A program made the translations under genes and the position numbers. 64,000 nt of DNA from Glaucostegus cemiculus (lineage: Eukaryota): NCBI GenBank assembly GCA_976551045.1, contig CDPCPM010000048.1, positions 2,914,001 through 2,978,000 of the forward strand. The letters run 5' to 3'. The notes under the pieces are model-generated. The model worked only from the letters and a program-made list of their open reading frames with translations, had not been told where the DNA came from and made no database searches. How positions within the stretch are numbered: the first letter of the stretch is position 1; the number at the start of each line of letters is the position of its first letter. Shown here one piece after another: positions 49,995 to 62,830 of the stretch.

Positions 49995-50845
49995 TGAATC
50001 AGAATCAGGTTTATTATCACCAACATACATGAAATTTGTTTCTTTGTAGCAGCAGTACAGTGTAAGACATAAAGACATAAAAATTACTATGAATTACAAA
50101 ATATAAATAGTGTAAAAGAGGAATGATAACGTAGTGTTCATGGGTTCATGGACCGTTCAGAAATCTGATTGTGGAGGGGAGGAAGCTGTTCTTGAAACGT
50201 TGAGTGTGGATCTTCAGGCTCCTGTACCTCTTCCCCGATGCTAATAGTGTGAAGAGGGCGTGTCCCAGATGGTGAGGGTTCTTAATGATGGATGCTGCCT
50301 TCTTGAGGCACTGGCTTCAATGGTGGGGAGGCTTGTGCCCGTGATGGAGCTGGCTGAGCCTACAACCCTCTGCAGCCTCTTTTGATCCTGCACATTGGAG
50401 CCTCTATACTAGGCTGTGAAGCAACCAGTCAGAATGCTCTCCACTGTACATCTGTAGAAATTTGCAAGAGTCTTTGGTGACATACCAAATCTCCTCAAAC
50501 TCCTAATGAAATAGGAGTTGGGCCCAAGATAGATCCTCTGAGATGCTGAAGCCCAGGAACTTGAACCTGCTCACCCTTTCCACCACTGACCCATCAATGA
50601 GGACTGGTGTGTGTTCTCCTGACTTCACTTTCCTGAAGTCCACTATCAATTCCTTCGTCTTGCTGATGTCGAGTCCAAGGTTGGTATTGTGACACCACTC
50701 AACCAGCCGATCTATCTCACTCCCGTACACCTCCTCATCGCCATCTGAGATTCTGCCAACAACAGTGGTGTCATTGGCAAATTTATAGATGGTATTTGAT
50801 CTGTACCTAGCCACATAATCATGAGTGTAGAGAGACCAGAGCAGT
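49995..50845 (-). mobile_element. Rex1/Babar-type LINE (RT to 3' tail, internally deleted)
   Basis: SLYTHDYVARYRSNTIYKFANDTTVVGRISDGDEEVYGSEIDRLVEWCHNTNLGLDISKTKELIVDFRK; tail aataaacctgattctgattc. Confidence 0.9.
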
Positions 50846-51734
50846 GAGGAGAGAGATAGAAACATGTTTATCAGTGGTGAGGCTAGACAGGAGTTTAATT
50901 GATATCGGAGCTCAATGAACAACTTTGTTGATGATCAGAGAGTGTGGGAAATTAGGCAAATCTAGGTGGAGTCAAAAGGGGAGTTGTATGAGAATCAAAG
51001 AGAAATCTAAGGAATGACCACATTGAGTAATTAAGAAGCTCTGAATATTGTAGTGAAATTTGCCTCTTTCATTCTCTCTGGAAGGTGGTATATTAGGAGG
51101 AGACCAATCAGCTCCTTGTAGTGCTCCACTAGTTAATTAGTGTAAGACCCCATCTGAGAAGTAGAGCAGTTAACTTGACCCTGAGACATTCCAGGTTACA
51201 GACACAGCCTCTGGTGAGGTGCGCAGACAGCAATGATGTCAGATGTGCTTATGGTTGGAGGGAAGATTTGGGTGGGGAGAGTGTTTCCTCAATGACCTGA
51301 AGATTTGCACCAGGTCCCTGAGCATTTTCATTTGTTGAGAAAGGTGACAAATCCAGAAGTTCCCAGGTATGCCGAGCTGTACTACAACTCAATTTGCCAA
51401 TCCTTGCTCCACATCCCTTGAAATCTAATCTAACAAACATCTGCCAGTTCTCAGGCTGACATAATTCATATCAGCTCTAGGTCACAAAGTGCCTCACAAG
51501 TCCAGAGCCCTGTGTGACAAAATGCTTATTGATTTCCGATATGCCTTAGCTCTAAGTTCTGTGACTAATTTCTCGGAATCTCAAAGCATGCCTACATTTG
51601 CAGGAATATAGCAGATTTCCCGGAAATAATATACTCTTGATTTCTGAATTTGTTTCCAAGGTTCAGGTCTAGATTCTCCCAGGTGTCCTGGTCACTATTT
51701 ATCCTTCATTAACCTTATTGCTGAACATGAGATA

Positions 51735-51836
51735 AAAATCAGAGAACACTGGAACCACTCTCAGTAGGTCAGGCAGCCTCTGTGGAAAGAGAAACACTTA
51801 GCGTTTCAGGTGTAGGACCCTTCTTCATCAGGACTG
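51735..51836 (-). repeat. Penelope-type terminal repeat arm with hammerhead-like core
   Basis: Minus strand CTGATGA-agaagggtcctacacct-GAAACGC. Confidence 0.65.
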
Positions 51837-51979
51837 CTCAGTATGAAGTCTTGCTTAAGTTGCACTCCAACAGAAACTCCACAAGTAACGTTGGCTGTAA
51901 AGTTCCTGGAACGACTAAAGGTGCTGTGTAGTGCAACTTTACCTGTCAATATCGAGCCAGTCTGTTGATTAACTCTGGC

Positions 51980-52220
51980 CCGGACTCTGACCTCACGATC
52001 TATCTTGTTGTGACCTTGCACCTTATTGCACTGCACTTTCTCTGTAGCAGTGACACTTTACTCTTCTGTTATTGTTTTTACCTGTACTACATCAATGCAC
52101 TCTGTACTAACTCAATGTAACTGCACTGTGTAATGAATTGACCTGTACGATTGGTTTGTAAGTCAGGCTTTTCACTGTACCTCGGTACAAGTGACAATAA
52201 TAAACCAATACCAATACCAA
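51980..52220 (+). mobile_element. LINE 3'-end repeat with (CCAATA)n tail
   Basis: ttttcactgtacctcggtacaagtgacaataataaaccaataccaataccaa. Confidence 0.85.
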
Positions 52221-52574
52221 GCTAGCCTACCCCAATACTACATGGAAAAGGATTTTGAGTAATTTTGGTAAATTAAAATAACTAAAACAATTAATGAATT
52301 AGGTAGTATTTTTAATGTGTATAAAATAATTGTGAGTTGCACTCTATATAAAATGTAAATTTTCTGCCATGTGTTCCCCTTTACTGTTGGTTTATTCCAC
52401 TCAATTTCATTGACTGTAAAACCACTTCCTCTGACACTTAACTAAAACCAGGACAGGAAGACTTCAGTATTTAGCCATTGTTCATTGGGTTGGGAAGGTT
52501 GTATGTTCTCAAACTGTTATTGTTCCACTCTAGACTTAGCCTGAGGTTTATTCTACAGAAATATTACAAAATCC

Positions 52575-52755
52575 GAGTGCTCTGGTTTCCTCCCACGATC
52601 CAAAGACATACGGGTTAGGAAGTTGCGGGCTTGCTATGTTGGCGCCAGAAGTGTGGCGACATTTGTGGGCTGCCCCCCAGAACACTACACAAAGATGCAT
52701 TCTACTGTGTTTCAATGTACATGTGACTAATAAGGATATGTTATCTTATCTTATA
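52575..52755 (+). mobile_element. 5'-truncated V-SINE with (TTATC)n tail
   Basis: gtgctctggtttcctcccacgatccaaagacatacgggttagg ... gtgactaataaggatatgttatcttatcttat. Confidence 0.8.
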
Positions 52756-52979
52756 TCATCGCTTAATTTTGCTGATTCTTATTGGGCTGAGAAGAGAGGC
52801 AAGGGGGGGGGGATCTACAAATCTGTGAGAGTTTCAGAATAAATCAATAACTATGAAGAATACACAGGCTCCCTGGGATTATAAATTGAATGCAATAGCA
52901 AGGAATTTATGGTAAACCTTTTGGCTCAACTTTGGAATTCTCTGCTCAGTTCTGGGCACCACAGTGGAGAAAGGGCAGA

Positions 52980-54260
52980 AGAAACAGAAGCAGGAGGAGG
53001 CAATTTGGCCCCTTCAAGTCGGCTTCAGCCTTCAATTAGATCACGGCTGCTCTTTTATCTCAGCACCATTTTCCAGCACTAGCCCTGTATCCCTCAATCC
53101 CCTTAATACTCAGTCTCTGTCTTGAATATACTCAGTGACTGAGGCTCTCTAAAATTCTTGGATAGAGAATTCTAAAGATTCAAAGCCGTTGTGGTGAAAA
53201 AATTTCTCCTCGTCTCCTGAATATTTCTGAAATGCCCAACCCCTTACTTTGAGTCTATGACCCAAATTCAAGACATCTGAGCTGGGGAAACAATCCTGGA
53301 TTTACCCTGTCAAGCCCCACAAAATTTTATTTTAATGTTTCAATGAAATTACCTCTGATTCTTCTGAACTCGAGAGCACATGCCCAGCTTATTTGATTTC
53401 TTCTCACAAGGCAAACCCCTCATCTCAGGAATCAATCTGGTGAATCAAAAACAGAAGAAGCTGGAAATACTCAGCAAGTCAGGCAGTATCAATGGGGAGA
53501 GAATATGAGTAGAAAGATCAGGTCAATGAATGGAATATAATGCAGAAAATGCATTCTTGGTTGAAGAATGTCTTTTTAAAAATGATGCAAGATAAATGAT
53601 AGGGTGATTGACTTGAAATGTTAACTCTGTTTCTCTTCCCATAGATGCAGTCTGACCCGCCGAGTCTGACCCGCCGAGTGTTTCCAGCATCTTTTGTTTT
53701 TATTTCAGGTTCCCAGCATCTTGTTATTCTGGTGAACTTTGCTGCTCTACCTCAGCCACTAATACATCCTTCAATAGGTGGAGAGGCCAGACCTGTACAC
53801 AGTCTTCAAGGTGCACTCTCACCAGGGCCCTATGTTATTGCAGTAAGAAGTCCTTGCTCCTGTATTCAAATCTTCTTGCAGTAAAGGCTAGCAAACTATC
53901 TGCCTTCCTAATTGTTTGTTGGACCTTCAGTGATTCATGTAGAAGGATGCCCAGGTCCCTCTGAACAACAGTTCTTTATCTTACATCATTTAAACAATAC
54001 CCCACCTTTCTATTTTGCAACCAACACTTTTACCATTATATTCATCCATCAGGCCCACTCCCATTCCCTTGGCCTGCATTTATCTGCTTGAAATCTCTCT
54101 GCATCCTCCTACCAACTCCCACCTAGCCTTCTATCATCAGTAAACTTAGATATCTCAAAAAAAATCTTAACATATCTGTTGATTGTGATTTCCCTTACAT
54201 AAACCCACAATGACTCTGAGCAATCCTATGATTTGTCTCTGTATCCTGTTACCTCTTCCT
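52980..54260 (-). mobile_element. CR1 LINE interrupted by an inverted-repeat element (about 53445-53722)
   Basis: CR1 tail near 52985. The CR1 text ...ggaatcaatctggtgaa breaks near 53445 and resumes at ctggtgaactttgctg near 53729. Confidence 0.75.
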
Positions 54261-56423
54261 CCACAGATTCTTTTACTATTATTGTTTTTATTCTTTAGAA
54301 TTTCACAGCAATATCAATTATGGTTTGGTTTTAAATGTTTTTGAAAGTTCAATGTTTTTTGTTTGAAAGATGATGTATACTTGAACTGATTTCAACATTC
54401 TCTGACTGTGATATTTTAAAAATAGCTGAAAGGTTTTTGACAGCAACAAGCTGTCAATGCCTTCCAGGGCATTGCAAGGCGGGGCCTCAGGATAAAACAC
54501 TGAGGTCCACCTGCTGGTTGGAGCTGGTTCTGCCTCTTGTGCATGGAGGGTCAGGTCATTTGACCTTCCTCAGCTGGAAAATGTGATGTGGGCAGGCAGA
54601 CACTGTGGGCAGCAAGTCTGGGCACTGGTGTGATCAGTGAAAAGGAAACAAGTACAGTAAATAAGAAAACAATTCAGAGCTTTATGAATAAAAGCAAGAG
54701 AATGGAAGCCCTCTCAAAAACCCAGCACAGGCACAGGATAAACAACCTATTTGGAAGAATTACTGGAACACTTGTGCCAATTAGGTACAAAAACTACCTC
54801 ATAACTTTTTAAAGAAGTGACTCTATGCACCAAATGTTGGCTGGGCTGCTGAACATATTTATTTTCCATTCAGTTATATTCTCACAGTAAATTATAATAA
54901 AATTATTATGGGAGCTGGACAGCAAGTGTATTCTGTCTGTTCACAGCAAATGCGGAAACCCATCAGTATGATGAAGGGTCTACATTAAATCAAAGAATCC
55001 ACAAATGTCATTTTCATTCCAGGAAACAGTGGTGCAGGCAGAAATCAAGACTGTTAGGTGGTTACTCAGAGAACAAAGCCTTTTGTTTTTAAACAATGCC
55101 TTTTGGAGATCTAAAAAATATACTGATCTTGCTTAATGGACACCTTATTGGCTTGTAGTAGTCATACCACATATTTACGCAACTTTTTTTTTTACACAAA
55201 CCCATTTTCCTTCCAGCTTCTGCTGTCATTACATAACTTCTGGAATCTGGAACACTTCAGCCAAGGTTTATTCAATGTTTAATGCAAAGAGGCCTAGTAC
55301 AATGAAGCAAATATTTCATTTATATGTTATACTTTTTATCTCTGTAATCATCATTTAGATTTCCAATTGAGTTTATTCAATGGCAGTAGGGCCATGGACT
55401 CCTGTTCCTCTTTCTTATATAAACTCACTGTACACATTTTGAAGAATTTAACTTACAAGTTAACAAGACCAAGGCTTTGCTGGGGGTGGAATACAAGGAG
55501 AGAGGGATGATGTGTGGTCATCAAAATTATGGAATTTCAGTCTTTTCAGTAGCATGATTTGCTAACTTTTGTCAGAGTCAAATGACTAACAAAAGAAATA
55601 AATTAGCATCAAACTCAGATTGGGTGGATAATGTGTATTGTTTTAATGATTAAAGTTTAATTGCATTTATAAATCAGCAAGATGAGTACGATGCAAGATT
55701 TAAACAAGAAGTGAATATCACCACTGGCTACCAAGATACAGCAAACCCTGAGACTGATACCAAGATTTGTAGATTGCTGTTGAGCCTCCCATCCTGATAA
55801 AGGCTAAACATTAGTTCAAGCAAATTATTGTCTCAAATATGCAAAGCCAAATTGCATTTTAAGGAAGTCTGAATCTGAAATGAGGTTTGCTGATGAATTA
55901 TGGCATTTATGCCTTTAAAAATGTTAAGAAAACTATTAGTTAATTTGAAGCATTTTCTCGGAAGTGATCTGGCCCTTCTCATGAAAAGGTTGTACTCCAC
56001 TATCTATAAACCTATTTATTGCTAGTGATGGAAGTCATTAATTTGAACTGTTCACTCTGTAATTTAGGCAGTACCAAGGGAATGAGGAACAGATGAACTG
56101 TTCTTTACAAAACTTTGATAGATTATAGTTTTTCTGGGGAACATTTTCATCTTCATCTGTATCCTGGCAACATTATTTTAGCTGCTACTAGTCTGTAAGT
56201 TGTCTATTCAGAATTTTGACTGATGTAGCTTGTATTCATGTCAAAAATTACCAAGATGAAAATTGAAAGAGGTTTAGGTGCATTTTAGTGGACTCGGCAA
56301 TTTGTAAGGAAAACTAAAGAGCTAACAATTGAAACAGTGCTTAAAATAGGGTATTGAACAGAGAGAGCTGGTGTTGTACAAACACATCTTTGATGACGGA
56401 TGGGCAAATTAGAAAGGAGGCAC

Positions 56424-56583
56424 GAGACTGCAGATGCTGGAATCTGGAGCAAAAAAACAAGATGCTGGAGGAACTCAGCGGGCCAGGCAGCATCTGTGGA
56501 AGGAAATGGACACTCAACCAGCAATTCCTCTCTTCAGTTGCTGCTTGACACTGAGTTCCTCCAGCAGTTTGTTTTTTTGGGAG
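56424..56583. repeat. Inverted-repeat element, Penelope terminal-repeat family
   Basis: aaaaaaacaagatgctggaggaactcag ... ctgagttcctccagcagtttgttttttt. Confidence 0.85.
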
Positions 56584-57379
56584 TAAATTAGAAAATCTAT
56601 TGAAAAACAAAGAATCGCATATGATTTTGTTAAACAAAAGTTATGATGAACCAACAAAGATAGATGATCCAATTGCAGATCAGAAAGAAAATTGCACACA
56701 GTAAATAAGTTCTGAATATTATTCCAAACAAGTGTAGAAAGCCAGGACACAAGCAAGACAAAGTTAAAGCATTTTCAATCATCTTGAAGACATTGTGAAC
56801 CTTCTCTTAAAGTTTCTACATCCCAGGCTTAGTCTGTAGCAAACTCGATCACTTCACAGTACCATGAAATTGTTGACTGTACCAAATGGATGAAGGGATA
56901 TCAAAGTTGCTTCCAATCCAGTATTGTGGGCTCCAAAGTGAGAATCCTGGTTGGGGAAAAATCTGGGTGGTAAATAAAATGCTTAAGGCTGTTCAGGAAA
57001 TAGAGCCTTCCTCAGTTAAAGGTCATTATGAATGGCTTGGGATGATAGTGGCTGAGTGGGGTGTTTTCACTGCTGCAGGATGAATCTGTGCCTTTTGGCC
57101 AGGAAATTGCACAGGAGCCTTTCAACCCATACTCAAAACTGTGGGTGGCTGTGATTTTAGCTACCGGGCAGCAGTGGGTAGGAGGATGAAAAGTTTACAG
57201 CACAGGTTCTGGGGCAGGCTGCAGGCTTCATACAAGGCACCTGTTCAGGTTTTGTGGGGAGGGAAGAGTGTTGATCAGCAACTGAGGAATGCCCCTAATG
57301 AAGGCAGCTGGGGAGTGGAGGGGAAGTGGGTAGAGAACAGGGAGAGGGTGGTTGGAATTGAGTGGCTGAGAGGGAAAGG

Positions 57380-57830
57380 TTGCTTGTACTTGGTTTCCAC
57401 AAGCCAGTGCCTTCCTGCCCATTCTTCCTTAATTGGGCAGTTAGAGATTTCCATGTCAGTAAGGGTGTCACATTTTTCTTAAGGAGATTTTGATAATGTC
57501 CTTGAAGCATTTCCTCTGTTTTCCTGGACATCTCTTGCTATAATGCAACTTATTTAGGGATATTTGTATCAGACCTGTGGTGGCCCTGGCCTGTCTTCTG
57601 ATCATGATAGGAGTTCAGTGGGTGGAGACGTCGGTCTGCAGAGGGATTCTGACACTGGCTCACTGGCACTGATCCACAGCCATAGATTTTGAGATTTTTG
57701 TAGCGACAGCATTGATAGTACTTTTGCACTGGTCCTAGATGCCTTCTGTAGGTTTTCCGAAACTTTCAGGATGGTGTGATCACTGCTGCTTCACAGACTG
57801 TCAGCTTAGTGTCAGGTTTGAGGTCTTGGT
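57380..57830 (-). mobile_element. RTE-like LINE 3' fragment
   Basis: tttgataatgtccttgaagcatttcctctgttttcctgg reads PGKQRKCFKDIIK on the minus strand, resembling the RTE C-terminus. Confidence 0.55.
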
Positions 57831-58254
57831 CTTTAAACATATTTTCCAATTCATCCACAACACCGGCATTTTCAAGTGGAAAAGTGCCAAATAGGCTTTG
57901 TCCACAAACAGCAGCACATATCCAGTCCAACAAATATTGCCCCATTTGCTGTTACAGAGCTGTGTAAGAGAGGAAACAACACTTGCATTTACATAGCACC
58001 TTTATTGTAGAAAAATGTCCAAGGCACATCACAGAGGTATAATCAGAAGCCAAGTGTATAAAAGATAGATTACATCTAAATTCTGATTTTATTGGACATA
58101 GGCTCAAACTAGTACAGGACAAATTTATAATTGATTTTTCTTCACACAGTGATCAAAACATGGAATGGATGTTTAGGCAATGTAATTAAGGCAAATACTC
58201 CAGAAATATTTTTTTAAACCTGTATTTGTATTGTGCTAAATTATATCCTTAACT

Positions 58255-58530
58255 ACTGATATCAAAGTTGTAGGCAAATGTGACATTTCATTCACAAAAG
58301 ATCCCAGCAAATGAGATGAACAGTTGGTTACTCTTTTTGAAGTGTGTTTTAGGGAGCAGCATTGGTCAACCCTTCTTGAAAAGACTATTTCCTCATGAAG
58401 GAGCTTCAGTTTAATGCCTCAACCAAAAGATGGGATCTCCCTCAAAGAAGGACTCCTTTAGCCATGCAGCTGTTTTCAGAGTGGGACTGAAGTAGGTACA
58501 CATGTGCCTCAAGGGCGAAAGTGCTACCAA
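58255..58530 (-). mobile_element. Deu-core SINE fragment
   Basis: cacaaaagatcccagcaaatgagatgaacagt ... cttcagtttaatgcctcaacc ... gagtgggacttgaa-like head. Confidence 0.5.
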
Positions 58531-58739
58531 ACTAGCAAACCCTCTGAACCGGTAGAAACCTGTAAATCTGGAATGAAGCAATATCAATCTTATGACTTGG
58601 AAGTACTGCTGATCTGTCACCAGGAAGTACAGCTTTAGCACTTGGGTAAGGTAAGGAGCTAAAAAAGTGGAAAATATTTGGACTGTCAAATCCTTCATCC
58701 AAGATGTTCTTGGTTTTACCATCCCTTACTCAAGCCAAA

Positions 58740-60071
58740 ATGTTGATATGTATTCATCTTTCCAGACATTTATAAAAAGTTAGTACTGAAAAAATTAACA
58801 GGAGTATTTTACAAAAATTGGCACTTTGAACTCTATGATGTTGAACTTCTATTGCTCCACAAAGAATCATAAATTCTCATTACAATACTTAAATAAATAC
58901 ATAAATCTAACTCATGCCTGCATGTATAAATCCTTGCCAGACTATTTTACCTTAAATATTTTACATACACCCACATATTAAATAAGGCAAAATAGAATAA
59001 AGTTAAAATATACAGGAAAATTGGGGTAGCATTTAACAAGCTTTTCAATGGACTTAAAATGCACATTTTAATAAACTTGGTAAATCACAAGAATTAACAT
59101 GTATTTGATTTCAGTGCTACACAATCATGTATTTGTCCAAAGTTACCCCACTTCTCACTTTTTATAACATATTACACAAATTCATATATTAGAAGTGTTC
59201 ACTTTCCCAGCAGTCACAGGCCTCCAAACTAGTTTAGGTGCCAAGAAGCAGGTAATGATTTTGTTTCTCCTATTCCCTTTGAACCACACTGGTTGTGGCG
59301 CCATTGACACTGGCAGTCCATCAATAAACTACCAAATTCTCCTGTTTGTTTTCTGTTGCTGTACGGATTCAGTCTGTTTTCAGCTGTAGGGCACCATCAT
59401 TAAGTCCAATGTCTTTATTTAGCATCCATGCATCTGTACTTTCTACCCGATTTGCACGGGCAGTGTTCAGGAACAGGGATCTGAGCAGATCTTAGACAGG
59501 AGCACTTGGGGGTCACCCAGATGAAATCAACTAGATTTCACAAACTTGATCCTTTGATCTACAGTCTCCAGTACCACACCATGTACTGATTTATCTCATG
59601 AAATCATCAGGGATAGCAAACGATAGCTCCATTAGCTACATCTATATATCACAATAATAAATCCTTATATTTCAAGGTTACTGACACACTTTGGAATTGT
59701 AGCATAGAAACAGGTCATGACTTAAGTCACAAAAATTGCTGGTGATCTACCTACAAAATATGTAGCTAGACCAATGAAACATTGACTAATCTGTGTTTTG
59801 AAGACCCCAAGTAGAAAACTGCAACGGCCAAATTTTCTTCATGTGTGCTGGTTTTCAGAGAACACCATAGAGTACAGAGTGAGGGTTTTGGAGTTGAAGC
59901 AGAACCTTTGCAATTCATTCTGCAATCTGAGATGAATCTTTACTCATAGGTGTGAGTTTGAGTATAGTTTTCTTTGAAACATCAACACCATACTTCAACA
60001 CCCAAGTTTAGTGTAGTTTTCACTAAATTATTTCTTTAAGTCTTTCCACCAAGTGGGTGTCCATTTTGTTG
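58740..60071 (-). other. FGD6: FGD6 3'UTR (distal end uncertain)
   Basis: Follows the stop codon, contains no repeat I recognise, and is U-rich on the minus strand. Candidate poly(A) signals are AATAAA at 59414-59419 and ATTAAA near 59067-59072. Confidence 0.55.
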
Positions 60072-60108
60072 TTATAGCACAGTAGCTTCCTGGAAAACCT
60101 CGACCCAT
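60072..60108 (-). CDS. FGD6: FGD6 last coding exon (37 nt of CDS including TAA)
   Basis: tttcaatttctcaacag|A TGG GTC GAG GTT TTC CAG GAA GCT ACT GTG CTA TAA = (R)WVEVFQEATVL*. The phase fits the preceding exon (AG+A = Arg). Recalled human FGD6 C-terminus is WIEAFQEGTIL*. Confidence 0.9.
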
Positions 60109-61434
60109 CTGTTGAGAAATTGAAACATTTATAAATTACTGTAATTCTTGTGTCTCACAGAACCCTATGTACAAAGCAATGAACCACAATTGTGAAATAC
60201 ACAATAAGTATGTTAAAAAAAAACACGACTGTCCCTCCCCTGTGCCTGGAGAATAGTAAAACTTAGGGGGATGCAAATTACACAAAGCATCTCCAACTGC
60301 TTAGTGGGTGACCCGACTTTGGTACTTTAAGAAGTGGAATAGGGTGTTTCTTCCCTCTGCCTTCTTTCCTGTTGTTTACTGGGCATTTCAACAAAGGCCT
60401 GTTGAAATTTAGTTTAACAGTCTACCCCCAAATATGGAAGCTGGATGGAGGGGAAGAGGGGAAGGGAGCATCTTTGGGGGTACAGGGACAACCCTGATTT
60501 TATGCTCTGACAGCATCAAAAGGAAGTTGGCATATATATTGCCAAACTCAATCCAAAAGTGTGATTTGTAATCTGCAATATGTATCCCTTCCTCTACAGG
60601 GATACACCCTAGGCATGTTTACACGTAGATACTTCAGGATACAGCTAGATAGATTAAGTAAAGGTAGTTACAGAAATTGGGAGACAAACCATTGCAATTT
60701 CTGGCTGTGATTTCACTGTTGAAGATAATTATAGAAGTAAATTTTGAGTGAGATAAGGCAGTATTGCAGAGAGATCCAAGGATGCATCAACATTGAGCAA
60801 GCAGGGGGTAAAAATATGAGCTAGACCTTTAGTATTTTTAAGTTTCTGCATCAAAATGCTTACACAACTATTGTGAAGCAATGAAAACCAGTTTATATTA
60901 TATAGAGGATTCAGAATGCCAGACGGGTAGCAATTCAATCTTAGATTTCACTTCTTCAAAAAATAGTTATTTGTTCATGTGAAGTGGTGTTTGCTAACAA
61001 GGCTGGCATTTATAGTCCATGCCTAACTACCCTTGAACTGAGGAGACATTTGAAAATCAACCACACTGGTGAACCTTGAGCTAGGTACCAGACAGCAGAG
61101 TTCCTTTTCTGAAGTATGCTCAGGAACCAATGGGGTTTTGCCACTATCCAGTAGTTTCATAGTTACTGTTCCTAACACTAGATTCCGATTACATATTCAT
61201 TCATGAAGCCAGATCTGATGAACCAAACATTCACTGATTAGGGGTATCATCATATTTAAAATTTGACTATCCAAACTAATTGACTGACCTGCTGTATGGC
61301 ACTGATTATCCATTAAATTGTACAGAGCAACTTTTCAGTTTACAATATTCCAAAACTCTTACTGTTTCTACTTCCTGACAACATTTCCATTATAAATTCC
61401 TAGCTCCACAATTTTTTTGTGGAATTTGCAGGAG

Positions 61435-61640
61435 ACAGATTTCTTCACTGGTGGGTTGTGAATCTTTGGAATCTTCTACCACAGAATGCCACATACTTCA
61501 GTCAGACTTTAATAGATTTTGAGCTCTAAGGGGATCAGGAAACATGGAGCTGGACAGGAAAGTGGACTTGAGACCCAGAAAGAGCCCTGATTTTATTGAA
61601 GAGCAAAGCAGGTTCAAGAGACCTCATGGCCTATGTCTTC
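61435..61640 (+). mobile_element. CR1 3' end in the last intron of FGD6
   Basis: atttcttcactggtgggttgtgaatctttggaatcttctacc. Confidence 0.7.
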
Positions 61641-61676
61641 CAATGAGATTGCGCAAGAAGAATAGAGATCAGGTAC

Positions 61677-61805
61677 AGGCACAAGAGACTGCAGATGCTG
61701 GAATGTGGAGCAACAAACAACCTGCTGGAGGAACTCAGTGGGTTGAGCAGCATCTATTGGATGGGGGGTAGAGGGGGAAGGAATTGTTGATGCTTTGGGT
61801 CAATA
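61677..61805 (-). repeat. Penelope-type terminal repeat arm
   Basis: cacaagagactgcagatgctggaatgtggagcaacaaacaacctgctggaggaactcag. Confidence 0.8.
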
Positions 61806-62404
61806 TAAGGTGTAGCCCTCATAATAAGTATGTTTAGAGGGGATCAGGTAACTTGATACGATTTAGGCACCATTTTAGGCATATTCTATCCTATTTTTAT
61901 ATAGGAGTCGATAATCTTCCCATGGAGTTATAAATTAAGTAACAATGCAGTAGTGACTTTAAAGTTGTTAAAAGGCCTGAGTTGTCCATCGACAGGGCCT
62001 TTGTTTCCACTGCTTACGGCCTTATCACTGCTTTGTGGAAAGACTACAGCAATGAAGCTGACAGGATGTTGGTCATAAAAGGGAAGTGAGCACCACAGGA
62101 GAGATGAATGCAGGGTGTGGGCTGGATCCAGCATGGTCTTGTCCATTACTTCTCCTGCCCAAGGACCCATACTGTGGCTATTCTCTTCCTTTTCACATAA
62201 CTGTAGATACTATACTATTTTATATTTCTTAATGGCTTAATCTTATTCAGTGTTTCCCTTTATTTTTTACTACCCTTGGCTCGTTTCCAATCCCAAATCC
62301 CAAATCTCAGGTTTACTACTCTTCTTGGTAGTCTTTTCATTTAGTCTGTGTATCTGCGTCCTAGTAGATCTGCGTATCTAGTCAATTGTATCTGCGTCCT
62401 CTAC

Positions 62405-62780
62405 GTCCTCTGGCAGCTTGCTTCAGACATCATTACCCTGTGTGTGGAAAAACCTGCCCCTCATATCTCCTTTAAATTTTGCCCTTCTCATTTTAAACCT
62501 GTGCCTTCTAGTTCTAGACGCCCTTGCCCCGGGAAAAAAATTCTAACTATCTATCCCCCTCATAATTCTATAAACGCCTTTAAGCTGACCCCTCAGCTTC
62601 CTGTATTCCAGGTAAAATAGGCCCAGCCTTTCCAGTCTCTCCTTATTCCAGCCATCCATTTCAGGCAACATCCTGGTGAATCTCTTCTACACTCTCTCCA
62701 TTCCTACCATATCCTTCCTCCACTGTGGCAACCAGAACTGTACATAATACTCTAAGTGGGGTCTAACCAATGTTTATAGT
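62405..62780 (-). mobile_element. CR1 fragment in the last intron of FGD6
   Basis: caggcaacatcctggtgaatctcttctacactctctcc ... ggcaaccagaactgtacataatactctaagtgg. Confidence 0.8.
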
Positions 62781-62830
62781 TTGGATCTCCAGCATCCATG
62801 GTGTTTGCATTTGCAGTTTGTTTTACTCAC

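Noticed and set aside
62348-62410. Short repeats (gtatctgcgtcct) with spacers, superficially CRISPR-like
   Set aside because: Only 2-3 imperfect units of about 13 bp at a CR1 junction, eukaryotic context, and no cas genes.
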